From a virus, in IMG/VR virus record IMGVR_UViG_3300035703_000049, positions 1-64,000 of that record: a stretch of 64,000 bases of DNA; one strand, 5' to 3'. The stretch's first letter is position 1; every line of letters begins with the position of its first letter. The position numbers and the translations under genes were made by a program. Below, piece by piece: positions 39,711-49,636 of the stretch. The notes below the pieces were generated by a model that saw only the letters and a list, made by a program, of their open reading frames with translations, was not told where the DNA came from and searched no databases.

Positions 39711-42700
39711 TTAATAACCCCCAATAACAGTTCTATTTTGTAAAGCAAAACCAGTTGACACTGTCGAACTTAGCGTTGCTTTTAATTTTGATGCAGTAAT
39801 TGCATCTATTAATTCTACGTCATCTACAGTCGCAGCAGAAATTAGTATTTCATCTGCTCTTGCTTTTATCTGCATAAAATCACTAAACAATAGTGTGTCA
39901 AGTTTAGGTACAATTACTATTGCTGCAAGGTCTGTACTTAATTCTTTATGCAGATATCCAGCTAATTCTGAGAAGTAAAATGTATCTCCAAAATCCCAAT
40001 TTTCTAATGCAAAGTATTTATCTATTGCATTTATTACATTATTTCTAATTTGTGTATTTGTTAGTCTTGTGCTTTCGCTTCTAACAACTTTAAAAGTTGC
40101 TTGAAGAGTTGCTTCTGCTTTTGATCCAAACAATGGTTTATATTTTACTGGATTGAACACAATTGCATCGCTTGTAGCTTTAAACTTTTCTAAACCTTGG
40201 AATAACAAAGCCATGTCTATTGTAGACATTGGACTTGGTTCCATTAGTGTGCCAGTTAAATCTTTTAGATATCTTCTATATTCTGCATCGTATGAACTTG
40301 TTAAGATATACATATCAATTATGTTTGTTGGACTTGGATCAATACGTCTATCATTTGGGCTATTATGTCTGTATTGAAACTTTAAGTAAGATCTACCAAC
40401 ACGAACAACATAATCTGTTGTTTCTCTAATTACACGCTCATCTTCATCTAATAATAATATATAAAATACTTGATCTTCATATGCGTAAAACACAGTGCCA
40501 ACAGGGTTAGCGTTTCTTCCCTCAAGTTCTATATCACTTATTGTTGGATAAGCGACCGATACTGTATTTGGATCTCTCCAACGTAATCTTTCTATATTAT
40601 CAAAATCTAAATATTTTTCTAAAAACACAAGTTTATCTAAATCAAATATAGATACATTTTCGCCTACTACTAAATCAAATACACTAGGATCATCTGGTAT
40701 ACCATCATTGTCACTGTCTGCAAATGTTACTTTAACAATAGTATCATCTTTATACCCATCTGGATAACCAACAGTGTCTGTAATTTCCATTGACAAATCT
40801 TTACCTAATGATGTAAGCCCATCTGCTGATTCATTAAACTTTAGAAACTTAACAGTATCTTTAATTACAGAACTTGTACGCGGATCATAAATCCTAGTTG
40901 CACTATCAAAATAGAATCTTGTATCTAATACGCTGCCAAAGATAAAATCTATACCTCTAGTTAATACAGTATATGTATTGCCGTTGTTTATCATTGCAAT
41001 AAACCAGTTTTCTCCTTCAATTCCTAAATTAAATTCAGAATCAACATTTAAAACCGCAGGAGAAATTGTTAACCAACGTTGAGTTAGTACATCATACTTA
41101 AGACCAAAATCTTGATTGTTTGTTATGTAATTAACAATCTCTTGCTCAACATCGTTTGTTAAATTAGTGTTATATGGTGCGTACAAACTTTCCGCAATCG
41201 CATTTGTTGGAATATTTTTGCTTAACAAAATTCCACCTACACCTGCATCATTTAGACCAAGATTATTAGTTGTGCCATCATCAACAACTGAAATTACACT
41301 TGCCCAAATTGTTGTTGTTTCGCCTAGTAGCGTTGGGACACCTGTACTTAACTGTCCTTCAACATCAAAAAACTGCCCTGTTGGTGCAACGAATTTAATT
41401 AAACAACCTGGTTTAATAAACTTTCTATTACTAGTAACAGTATCTCCAACTTGCCAAGGAATTAAGCTTTCATTTCCAAAATAACCTGTACTTACACCGC
41501 TTTCAGCAGTGCCTCTTACCCAAAATGTATTTGATAGATTATTTTTTGGAAATAGTCCATAATACAAATGTAAACTTGATTTTTTGTTAATAATTGTTCG
41601 TACATTGTTCCTAATAAATCTTCTTATATCATTTAAGTTTGTCCAAACAAATTGTGACCCTTCAGTAATCGTTGTTCGATAAATGTATCCGTCTTCACAA
41701 AATATATTAGTGCTTGAATATTTACCAGTAACATCTTTTACATCTAAGAATCTACTAATACCACTTGCTGTTCTGTTAACTGATTTAACTTTTGTTATTT
41801 CGTTGTAGCGAGTATAAGGAAACACATTATAGTCTTGTCCATTTATCATACGATTTTGTGTATAATAAAATTGTGGAGCGTTTGCTTTAATTTCTGATAA
41901 TTCTTCTCTGCCTTCTGCATTATTGATTGTATATTGCAGTGCTGCACGGATTGTAAGACCTTCAATTCTATTTTGCTTGCTAATATAGGCAATTGACAAG
42001 TTAATTCCTTGCATTGCTGCAGGAGGTATATTGTATTCAAGTGCGTTACTTACACGCACGGTTGCTCTAAATCTTCCTGTTGGAATATCAGAGAAAATAC
42101 CATCACCAAAAATTAAATCAACTTGATCATTTAATCTTGAAGATACAGAGTAAATGTTTCTTTGTTCCTGCGATATAGAATTGTAAATGATGTTGTTATC
42201 TCTTAAATTTTCAACCTTACCCCATTCTCTAAGAATGCCGCCTGCATCGCTTAATTCAAATAACCAAACATCATTATTGTTGATATTATCTAAGTTTAGT
42301 CCAACTAAACGATTTGGTAATGATTCGGTTAGAGAAAAGTCTAAATTGTTTAGTTGTCCTTGTTTGAAACCAATAAAGAATCCAGTGTTAGCACTACCAT
42401 TTCCTCGCCCATCACTTCTAAAAAGCATACCAAAGCTATCGCTAGTTTGCGGACTAACTTCATAAATTCCTTTATCAGTATCTAATCCAACATTGTAAGC
42501 TTCAAATGGGAATGTATTTCCGTTTACTGTTGCGTTGAACGGGAATACTGGAACTAAATTTGGACGCAATCTAAATTGATATAATTCGTTTAATATATCT
42601 CCAACTATTAAACTACCGCTTGGTCTGCTAATACGTTGACCTGGTTGAAGTGCGGCATTTATTACTGTAGTAAACTGTTCTTGCCAATCTAAATTAGTTG

Positions 42701-43139
42701 GATCATCCCAAAATATTGTTTGATTTGCTAAGTTTCTGCCTGAACTATCTCTTAACAATTCAGTAGTGTTTACACTAATAATTTTAAGCATTCCACTAGC
42801 ATTGATATGTCGTTTTGGACTGTAACCAAGCATAGAAGCTAAACGATAAACACTATCTCTACGTTCAGCAGTTGATAAAAAATTCTCTCTAGAATTTAAA
42901 TCCCCACGGAAAGCAAGACTTTGCCCCATAAATGCAATAAGATCAAGCATTGCGATAAATTCACTTGATTCAATGTAGTCGTTGAAATCCTCAGGATAAT
43001 AAGTCCTGAGATAATCTACCATGCTTTTTCTTAATGTTTCGTAATCATAGCTTTGAAAATCAGCAGTTCTAAATGTTGTGTAAAGTCTTTTCCAATCTTC
43101 AGCAGCAAACAAATTTGATTGACGAGTGGTTACAGCCAT
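39711..43139 (-). CDS. Baseplate wedge subunit (T4 gp6-like)
   Basis: DFQSYDYETLR, FNDYIESSE, ENFLSTAERRDSVYRLASMLGY, TQNRMINGQDY; adjacent to gp25-like gene. Confidence 0.88.
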   Translation of the reverse strand: MAVTTRQSNLFAAEDWKRLYTTFRTADFQSYDYETLRKSMVDYLRTYYPEDFNDYIESSEFIAMLDLIAFMGQSLAFRGDLNSRENFLSTAERRDSVYRLASMLGYSPKRHINASGMLKIISVNTTELLRDSSGRNLANQTIFWDDPTNLDWQEQFTTVINAALQPGQRISRPSGSLIVGDILNELYQFRLRPNLVPVFPFNATVNGNTFPFEAYNVGLDTDKGIYEVSPQTSDSFGMLFRSDGRGNGSANTGFFIGFKQGQLNNLDFSLTESLPNRLVGLNLDNINNNDVWLFELSDAGGILREWGKVENLRDNNIIYNSISQEQRNIYSVSSRLNDQVDLIFGDGIFSDIPTGRFRATVRVSNALEYNIPPAAMQGINLSIAYISKQNRIEGLTIRAALQYTINNAEGREELSEIKANAPQFYYTQNRMINGQDYNVFPYTRYNEITKVKSVNRTASGISRFLDVKDVTGKYSSTNIFCEDGYIYRTTITEGSQFVWTNLNDIRRFIRNNVRTIINKKSSLHLYYGLFPKNNLSNTFWVRGTAESGVSTGYFGNESLIPWQVGDTVTSNRKFIKPGCLIKFVAPTGQFFDVEGQLSTGVPTLLGETTTIWASVISVVDDGTTNNLGLNDAGVGGILLSKNIPTNAIAESLYAPYNTNLTNDVEQEIVNYITNNQDFGLKYDVLTQRWLTISPAVLNVDSEFNLGIEGENWFIAMINNGNTYTVLTRGIDFIFGSVLDTRFYFDSATRIYDPRTSSVIKDTVKFLKFNESADGLTSLGKDLSMEITDTVGYPDGYKDDTIVKVTFADSDNDGIPDDPSVFDLVVGENVSIFDLDKLVFLEKYLDFDNIERLRWRDPNTVSVAYPTISDIELEGRNANPVGTVFYAYEDQVFYILLLDEDERVIRETTDYVVRVGRSYLKFQYRHNSPNDRRIDPSPTNIIDMYILTSSYDAEYRRYLKDLTGTLMEPSPMSTIDMALLFQGLEKFKATSDAIVFNPVKYKPLFGSKAEATLQATFKVVRSESTRLTNTQIRNNVINAIDKYFALENWDFGDTFYFSELAGYLHKELSTDLAAIVIVPKLDTLLFSDFMQIKARADEILISAATVDDVELIDAITASKLKATLSSTVSTGFALQNRTVIGGY

Positions 43140-43165
43140 CTTTGATGTCTTTCTTTATATTAACT

Positions 43166-43173
43166 TATTTATT
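43166..43173 (-). promoter_or_regulatory. T4-like late promoter (AATAAATA)
   Basis: Intergenic, ~27 nt upstream of the gp6-like ATG. Confidence 0.55.
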
Positions 43174-43192
43174 TTGAAAATAATATGGTGTT

Positions 43193-43561
43193 TTAAATGC
43201 GTTCAACAACACGACGATCAAATATAAGTTTAAGTGTTTCTGTTTCGTTGCTAGAAACATACTCCAAGCGTAATTCAATTAGTATTCCGTGTTCAAATTG
43301 ATCCACTAAAATTTGATCTACACGCAGTCTTGGATCGTACCGTGCTATCCTAGTTACATCATCTACAATAGCAGCGCGTAATTGTTCTGTGTAAGGTTCA
43401 AAAATACTGTCCCAAATAATAGTCCCAAAATTTGGTTGCATTAGCTTTTCGCCCCTGCGTATGTAAAAATGATTAATTAAATCACGCTTAATTAAGTCTG
43501 CGTCTGTAAGTGTTACGCTTTTGTTTTGATCAATTGTAGAATAACCAACATATAGTGCCAT
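43193..43561 (-). CDS. Baseplate wedge protein gp25-like (GPW/gp25)
   Basis: LINHFYIRRGEKLMQPNFGT..IFEP..YDPRL. Confidence 0.9.
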   Translation of the reverse strand: MALYVGYSTIDQNKSVTLTDADLIKRDLINHFYIRRGEKLMQPNFGTIIWDSIFEPYTEQLRAAIVDDVTRIARYDPRLRVDQILVDQFEHGILIELRLEYVSSNETETLKLIFDRRVVERI

Positions 43562-43566
43562 AGTTC

Positions 43567-43574
43567 TATTTATT
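43567..43574 (-). promoter_or_regulatory. T4-like late promoter (AATAAATA)
   Basis: Immediately upstream of the gp25-like ATG. Confidence 0.5.
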
Positions 43575-43576
43575 AG

Positions 43577-43604
43577 TTGACAATAGCGTATTTTCTAATA
43601 AAAT
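43577..43604 (+). promoter_or_regulatory. Sigma70-like promoter, leaderless
   Basis: TTGACA-N16-TAAAAT-N6-ATG(43611). Confidence 0.7.
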
Positions 43605-43610
43605 TTTAGT

Positions 43611-43799
43611 ATGAAACAAGATCAAATTTATTCAACAACATTTAATTTACTTAAAAGAAGTCATAATCAACCAATTGAAATGACGTTTGCTGACTTAGTG
43701 GATGAGTTAGAAAAGCTAAACGCCTTACCAAAAGAAACTGTTTGGCAAATGCGTTTAGCTATCTTACATACTGAACAAGAAAGAGTTATGGCCACCTAG
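43611..43799 (+). CDS. Small hypothetical protein antisense to the structural operon
   Basis: 62-aa ORF filling the gap between gp25- and gp5-like genes, with its own promoter. Confidence 0.65.
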   Translation: MKQDQIYSTTFNLLKRSHNQPIEMTFADLVDELEKLNALPKETVWQMRLAILHTEQERVMAT

Positions 43800-46623
43800 C
43801 ACCAGGATAGAATCTGCTTGCACCAATTCTAGTTGGTAGTACACCTGCTCTATTTGTTGGCATTCTACCTGCGGTATAAGCAGCTGGATTTGCTGCATCA
43901 AAGTAGTAATTGGTCTTTGGTACAGAACTTAAAATATTTGTCATACTACCATTAATGCTAGCTGCTCTAGTTGGGGTTGGTCCTCTAAGGAAGTTTGGTC
44001 TACCTTTACCAGTAACAGCTTCAAATTGGTTTCTTTCTGCTAATACTGATTGTACAGTTGCGTTGGGCCCTCTTGCTCTTGTTCTATTTAGAATTGTACC
44101 TGAAACCCATGCCTGCTCAGTTTGATTTGTTCCTGCTTCAGCGGCTGTTGCAGCTACAAGAGCATTATATTCTGAATCTGACATAGGTCTACCTAAGTAA
44201 GCTTCTGCTGCTGCTTTGCCTTCAGGATCGTTTGATGCATAATTTGTTTGTCCTGCATTTGCATTTGGATCTCCATCAAATCCTTGTCCTCCTCCAGTTT
44301 CATCTGCTGGTCTATCGCAATTATCACCAGTAGCAAAGCAACCTGTGCCTCCACCACCAGGAGCAGCAGGAAGATCACTTGAAGGAGATTGCCCAAACGC
44401 TTGATCCAGTGCTGTATTTGCTTCCTGTGCGGGAGTTGCACCTGTTAGTTGTTGATCTGCTGGATTTGGCGATCCAAAAACACCTGCAGGTTGTTGTCCT
44501 GGTGTTTCAACGTTTGCTAATGCTGGGTCCGCACCAACAGGTTGCGCACCTCCTCTGCCAAGATATGGATTTGCAGCTGGACTACTAACAGGAATAGTTG
44601 TAGAACTAGTAGTAGGAGCATTAGCATAATTTGTTGTAAAACTACCACTTAAAGCTGCATCGGCTGTTACTACTGAATTTGTTGGAGTTGTTGTGTTTAC
44701 TGTTATAGTTGATGGTTTATTAACCCCATAGTTTGTTGTAAAACTGCCACTCAATGCTGCATTGGCAGTAACATTTGTATTATTAACTGAGGTTGCAGGT
44801 TTATAAGTTGAAGACACTGTTGATCCAGAACTAGTTCTTACTGCACCTTGTAAATTAGTCGTTCTTGCAGCAGCGGGAGCAACAGCAGGAGATGAAGGTT
44901 GAGTAATTGAAGAGTTACCTTGTTGAATACCAGTAAAACTCATACCCATTGATGAACCAGTAGCCGTTCTTGATTGTGTAAGAGTTGTTCCAGCATCTCT
45001 TGGTTGTGTTTGTCCTGCCCCTGATCCCCAATTGTTTGCTCCAGATCCTACTGCATTTCCTGGCAACCCAGTTCTAATAGGTAAACTAAAATTGTTACCA
45101 AGAGATGTATTAGGATTATTGCCTGTTAGTCCAGTTTCAAATCCTAAACTAAAATTATTTCCTAAAGATGTTTGTCCAGTATCTGTTCCAGTTGTGCCGC
45201 CGCCATCAAACATCCCCCCTGGACCTGTTCCGCTTGCACTACCATCTGGGGCTGCTCCGCCGCCGCCGCCAGCACCTTGTCCCCCATCATGTTCTTTGTA
45301 TGGTTCTTTACTTGGTGCGCGAGCTACTGTTGTTTGATATCCGCTGACGTCTTCTGGTTGTTCTGGCGGAACTTGCTCTGCTTCTTTTGCGGTACAACTA
45401 TTCCAGTAAAAACATTTTCCTTTTAAACAAAAATAATTGAATGCTTTCATATGTATATCACCAAATGATGTAAACATCATTTCTTTACAACTATGAACAT
45501 GTAAGCTGTCAACCCCCTCAATCATAGTCTTAGCACCATGTAATTGAAGTTCTTCTCCACCTTGCACTTTAGTTCCTTTCATGCCAACAATCTTTACGCA
45601 TTCGCCTGCATGAATGTTAACATTTTTATCTGCATGAAAGTTAACATCACCATTGGTTGCCATGTTTATACCAGCTGCACCAAATACATCTATTTGTCCA
45701 CTTGGGCTTAGCTCTATCCAACCTGTTCCCTGCGCGTTAATAAGATAAATCATACCAGTATCATCGTGCATAGTAATTTGATTACCACCAGATGTTCTTA
45801 ATCTAATGAGCTTGCTTGTTCCTTCTTGCGACCCATCATCCATAACAAATGTATGACCACCTTTAGAACTAATACCAAAAACATTTGACGGTGCTTCTCT
45901 AAAACTACTTGAAGTAATTGGTCCCCTTAGTGGATCTTCTTGTAAACCTTGTGCTGTTAACGAATCAACTAAAGGTTGGTATGGTTGTCTTTGTATACTA
46001 GTTAAATCCTGAGTAACTGGCACTTGCGGATCAATTGGATTAAATTCAGCCATAGGCGTTTTACCATCAGGTGCGCCAATGGCTGGTACCATGCCGTGTG
46101 CCACAGTTGGAACACAAGCAAACCAAAATCCTCTATTTAAGTTTCCGCCAATAAACATAACAAGAACAGTAACACCAAGATCAGGAGGAACTGCCCACAT
46201 GCCATAACTTGTAATTACTTCCTGACCTTGGCTACCTACAGCACCTTCACCCTGTCTTTGACTTTGACCGTTATTAACTAAATTGTCAACAGTACCTGCT
46301 AAAGGAGAACCTTCAAGTTGCCTAAATTGACTAGGAGATATTGATCCTGCTGCTTGTGCTTCCTGTGCTGTTTGTAAAGGTGTTGGATTAAATGCATTAT
46401 CTCTGTATGGTGTAATACCATAAAAAGGACTAGCATATCTTACTGTTACCCAACTTTTTGGATCATCAATGTTACCACCTACTTCTGGAATATAAACAGC
46501 AAGTCGCCCCATATACAAAGCATCTTTATTTTCTCTAACTACACCTTCGTATATACCAGTGTAAATGTTTAGCCCAGTTCTGCTATCTGGATTTGCTGAA
46601 TCGTATTGATTAAGTATAGTCAT
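43786..46623 (-). CDS. Baseplate central spike (gp5/VgrG-like) with C-terminal SleB/Hydrolase_2-like cell wall hydrolase
   Basis: OB-fold GRLAVYIP..YASPF..YGMWAVPPD; beta-helix GHTFVMDD..IRLRT..; C-terminal AAEA..ILNR..VL...QFE. Confidence 0.82.
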   Translation of the reverse strand: MTILNQYDSANPDSRTGLNIYTGIYEGVVRENKDALYMGRLAVYIPEVGGNIDDPKSWVTVRYASPFYGITPYRDNAFNPTPLQTAQEAQAAGSISPSQFRQLEGSPLAGTVDNLVNNGQSQRQGEGAVGSQGQEVITSYGMWAVPPDLGVTVLVMFIGGNLNRGFWFACVPTVAHGMVPAIGAPDGKTPMAEFNPIDPQVPVTQDLTSIQRQPYQPLVDSLTAQGLQEDPLRGPITSSSFREAPSNVFGISSKGGHTFVMDDGSQEGTSKLIRLRTSGGNQITMHDDTGMIYLINAQGTGWIELSPSGQIDVFGAAGINMATNGDVNFHADKNVNIHAGECVKIVGMKGTKVQGGEELQLHGAKTMIEGVDSLHVHSCKEMMFTSFGDIHMKAFNYFCLKGKCFYWNSCTAKEAEQVPPEQPEDVSGYQTTVARAPSKEPYKEHDGGQGAGGGGGAAPDGSASGTGPGGMFDGGGTTGTDTGQTSLGNNFSLGFETGLTGNNPNTSLGNNFSLPIRTGLPGNAVGSGANNWGSGAGQTQPRDAGTTLTQSRTATGSSMGMSFTGIQQGNSSITQPSSPAVAPAAARTTNLQGAVRTSSGSTVSSTYKPATSVNNTNVTANAALSGSFTTNYGVNKPSTITVNTTTPTNSVVTADAALSGSFTTNYANAPTTSSTTIPVSSPAANPYLGRGGAQPVGADPALANVETPGQQPAGVFGSPNPADQQLTGATPAQEANTALDQAFGQSPSSDLPAAPGGGGTGCFATGDNCDRPADETGGGQGFDGDPNANAGQTNYASNDPEGKAAAEAYLGRPMSDSEYNALVAATAAEAGTNQTEQAWVSGTILNRTRARGPNATVQSVLAERNQFEAVTGKGRPNFLRGPTPTRAASINGSMTNILSSVPKTNYYFDAANPAAYTAGRMPTNRAGVLPTRIGASRFYPGARWP

Positions 46624-46635
46624 TTTTAGTTCCTG

Positions 46636-49335
46636 TTATCTTGGATTGCCAGGTAAAGTTGGATTTGATATTGATCCTGGACTTGGTTTTTCATTTTCTT
46701 CTTGATTTGGTATCTTTACCATGTTTAACTTACAAGTGTATCTGCCACTTTCAAATAAGTTTTCAACAGTAATAACTTGATAAACTCCTCCAACAAAAGA
46801 AGAATCTGTGTTTAAATCCATTAAACCAGTAGTATCGTTATAATCCCTTGGTGTTCTTAATCGTAGTTTGGCATAAACACCTGCAACGTCTATAGCAAGA
46901 CTATTCCACTGGTCTAATTTACTATTAAAATTACCTACTGTTATAGGCCCACCCCTTACGCTAGCGTCTTGAGGAATCCAATCAGGATCGCCAATTATAT
47001 CCATGTCTAAAGTGATGTTATCCGCATAGCTGTTGTTCATTTTTAAATCAAAAAATTCAGCAGCTAAACTTGAATTAATATAGCGTGATGGTTCGTTTGG
47101 AAAAGTTTTTCCAATACTTCCTGGTTTAGATGACTGTTCTGAAAACTTATTTGGATTAGCAAGACCAGGAGTGCTTGTTCTAGCAGCTTCCATTCCTGTC
47201 ATTATTAACCCTAATTCGTTTTTATCAGTAAAAAATCTTGTATAGTATAGTAAATTGAAATTGATATCTACATTAATAATGTCTTCATTTTTTCCAGTAA
47301 AAATCCAATCATATACTTTTGAATAGCCCCAATCACGTATCGGTGCTAATCCACCATTTTTAAAATTTTCACCAAATAACAAAGTATTAAAAACATGGAA
47401 AGTTATTTCTTTTGCATATTCGTTTCTTTTTTTATCCCATTGATTGGTAATCAATTTAATTTGAGGGATAATTTTTATTAGTTGTGCTGGATCGCTGTTG
47501 CTTTCTTGTGCTGCTGGTTTCATTTTAGTATTGAAGTATTCACTTGCTAATACTAAATCTTTAATCGCTTCTTTTATTAATGTGCCGTTAGCAAGTTTAT
47601 ATCCTTGTATAGTTGGATCATTGTTATCGATCACACGCTCATTTATAGATGTTGCTTCACCTCCATTTTTTAGAGGAAATGCAACTTTGCTGTTTTGTAA
47701 TTCTTCTGTTCTAGATCCTGTTTTATTAAAACTATAAAATTCTATTTTATATTTGTCAGGGTATTCTTGTTTTTGATCTTTAGTAACTTTTTCTACTTCA
47801 CTTAAATTTAATCTACCAATTAATCCACTTTCTCCAGGACCAGCAATTTCAAGTAAAGTTTTTCCTTGCACATATTCGCCTTTTGTTAATGAAGCACGCT
47901 TAGGAGTATATTGGTAAAACCCATAAGGCACCATACCAAGTGTATATTTTGCTCCACCTGAATCTAGTTTCATATCAATAGAAATAATCTTTACTGGAAT
48001 ATATTTTTTCCCTTTATCTAAAATACTTTCGACTGGCACACCTGCATCAGTATAACCAGTAAAATCTATTTCTAACAAGTAAGGATTTTCAGCTAGAGTT
48101 ATATTAATCCCGTTTACTTCACCAGCAAGCGCGGCTAATTCCCCAACAAAACTTGCACCGTATGGTTCTGTGATTTCCATTGATAAATCAATATTGTTAG
48201 TTGCTGTGCCTGTTAATCTATTACCTATCACACTAGTAAAACGTAAACTATCAATAGAGAAATCTTTTTCAAAATTTATACCACCCTGCTGCCGTTGATA
48301 ACCGCCTGACTTAGCAATAGTGTATTGTCTAGCACCTTCTGGTATCACGCCGCCTTCCATAATTGAATTATAATCATTTAGTCCTAACAAATATAAACTA
48401 ATTTTATAAGTCCAGTTGGCATAATTGTGTAAAATATTTGGACGAAGTGGTACGTTTGGATTATTTGGTGTGCCCGCTGCTTGATTTGGTACATTAATAC
48501 CTTGTGAAGTAGTACCAATTGTAACTCCGCCAGTACCAATTGTAGCTGCATCAGAATTAACTGTTATTGCATCTGGATTTATAAAACCATTAAAAGCAGT
48601 ACCAAATGGCACATTTCTAGGTTTACCTGCATCATCTGTGTTACCACTTTTGCGGCTATCGGATATTGCAGGTTCTCTTAAAAATTCATCACTTAACCTG
48701 CCAGGTAAATTATTTGTTGTAGGTAATTGATTTAGATTTTCATTAACTATTCCAGTTTGATTTTGTGTTGATTGATTTTTATTGTTAGACTCAATCGCTG
48801 CCCCAATTTGTTCAGCTTCTTTAGCACCCGTATTTGTTCCACTTGCTAGTGGTGTTTCAGGTTGAACTTGTTGAGATTGCGTTGCTGTTACTGGTGCAGA
48901 TTCAATTGCAGTGCTTTGATCAGTTTTTGCTGCTTTAGGATTAACGCCTTGTGGATTAGGATTACTAGTAACGCTTGTGCCAGTATTAGATGGAATTGCA
49001 GCATCGTCTTGGTTTACTGTTGTTTTTGATTCTGGAGAAAATGTAACTTTTGTGTCATCCCCAAAACCTTTAACAAAAAATCCGCTGCCACCTATATACA
49101 ACTCACCAGGTTCTAATTTAACACTAGGAGGAGGTGGTAGTTGACCATAATCTACATAATCATATTTTGCAGCTATACTTTGAGCTTCTCTGTCTAGAGT
49201 AGCTAACGTAACATCTTTACCTGCATATTTTTGATTAATAATTTGTTTATATTCTTGTTGTGCTCTGGCTAATTGTTCATTTGCTATTCTAATTTCCGTT
49301 GGCGAACTAGAAGGAGTAATTTGCTTTTTTGCCAT
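46636..49335 (-). CDS. Baseplate hub protein (gp27/GpD-like) with low-complexity N-terminal extension
   Basis: PNILHNYANWTY, ITEPYG, MDIIGDPDWI, GVYQVITVENLFESG; upstream of gp5-like gene. Confidence 0.6.
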   Translation of the reverse strand: MAKKQITPSSSPTEIRIANEQLARAQQEYKQIINQKYAGKDVTLATLDREAQSIAAKYDYVDYGQLPPPPSVKLEPGELYIGGSGFFVKGFGDDTKVTFSPESKTTVNQDDAAIPSNTGTSVTSNPNPQGVNPKAAKTDQSTAIESAPVTATQSQQVQPETPLASGTNTGAKEAEQIGAAIESNNKNQSTQNQTGIVNENLNQLPTTNNLPGRLSDEFLREPAISDSRKSGNTDDAGKPRNVPFGTAFNGFINPDAITVNSDAATIGTGGVTIGTTSQGINVPNQAAGTPNNPNVPLRPNILHNYANWTYKISLYLLGLNDYNSIMEGGVIPEGARQYTIAKSGGYQRQQGGINFEKDFSIDSLRFTSVIGNRLTGTATNNIDLSMEITEPYGASFVGELAALAGEVNGINITLAENPYLLEIDFTGYTDAGVPVESILDKGKKYIPVKIISIDMKLDSGGAKYTLGMVPYGFYQYTPKRASLTKGEYVQGKTLLEIAGPGESGLIGRLNLSEVEKVTKDQKQEYPDKYKIEFYSFNKTGSRTEELQNSKVAFPLKNGGEATSINERVIDNNDPTIQGYKLANGTLIKEAIKDLVLASEYFNTKMKPAAQESNSDPAQLIKIIPQIKLITNQWDKKRNEYAKEITFHVFNTLLFGENFKNGGLAPIRDWGYSKVYDWIFTGKNEDIINVDINFNLLYYTRFFTDKNELGLIMTGMEAARTSTPGLANPNKFSEQSSKPGSIGKTFPNEPSRYINSSLAAEFFDLKMNNSYADNITLDMDIIGDPDWIPQDASVRGGPITVGNFNSKLDQWNSLAIDVAGVYAKLRLRTPRDYNDTTGLMDLNTDSSFVGGVYQVITVENLFESGRYTCKLNMVKIPNQEENEKPSPGSISNPTLPGNPR

Positions 49336-49336
49336 A

Positions 49337-49636
49337 TTATAGACCTAATACCCTTTTTAGTGTAGTTGATTTTGGTAAAAATATAGTAACACCAGATTGA
49401 AAATCAAATATTGGATCTTCAATAGAATTAGGATTCCTAACCATGAACACCCACCACAAATTTGCATCGCCGTATAAATCATACGCTAAAAGATCAGGTC
49501 GTAATGCGTGCTGTGGTTTTATTGTATAAACAATATCATCTACTTCTTTAGGTATATTTCTGTATGTTAATACATCTAAATATTCACCAAATTGTTCTGT
49601 GTTGAAGTAAGGGCTACTACTCAAATATTCAACCAT
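49337..49636 (-). CDS. Baseplate wedge gp53/LysM-like protein
   Basis: RPDLLAYDLYGDANLWWVF..N. Confidence 0.85.
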   Translation of the reverse strand: MVEYLSSSPYFNTEQFGEYLDVLTYRNIPKEVDDIVYTIKPQHALRPDLLAYDLYGDANLWWVFMVRNPNSIEDPIFDFQSGVTIFLPKSTTLKRVLGL

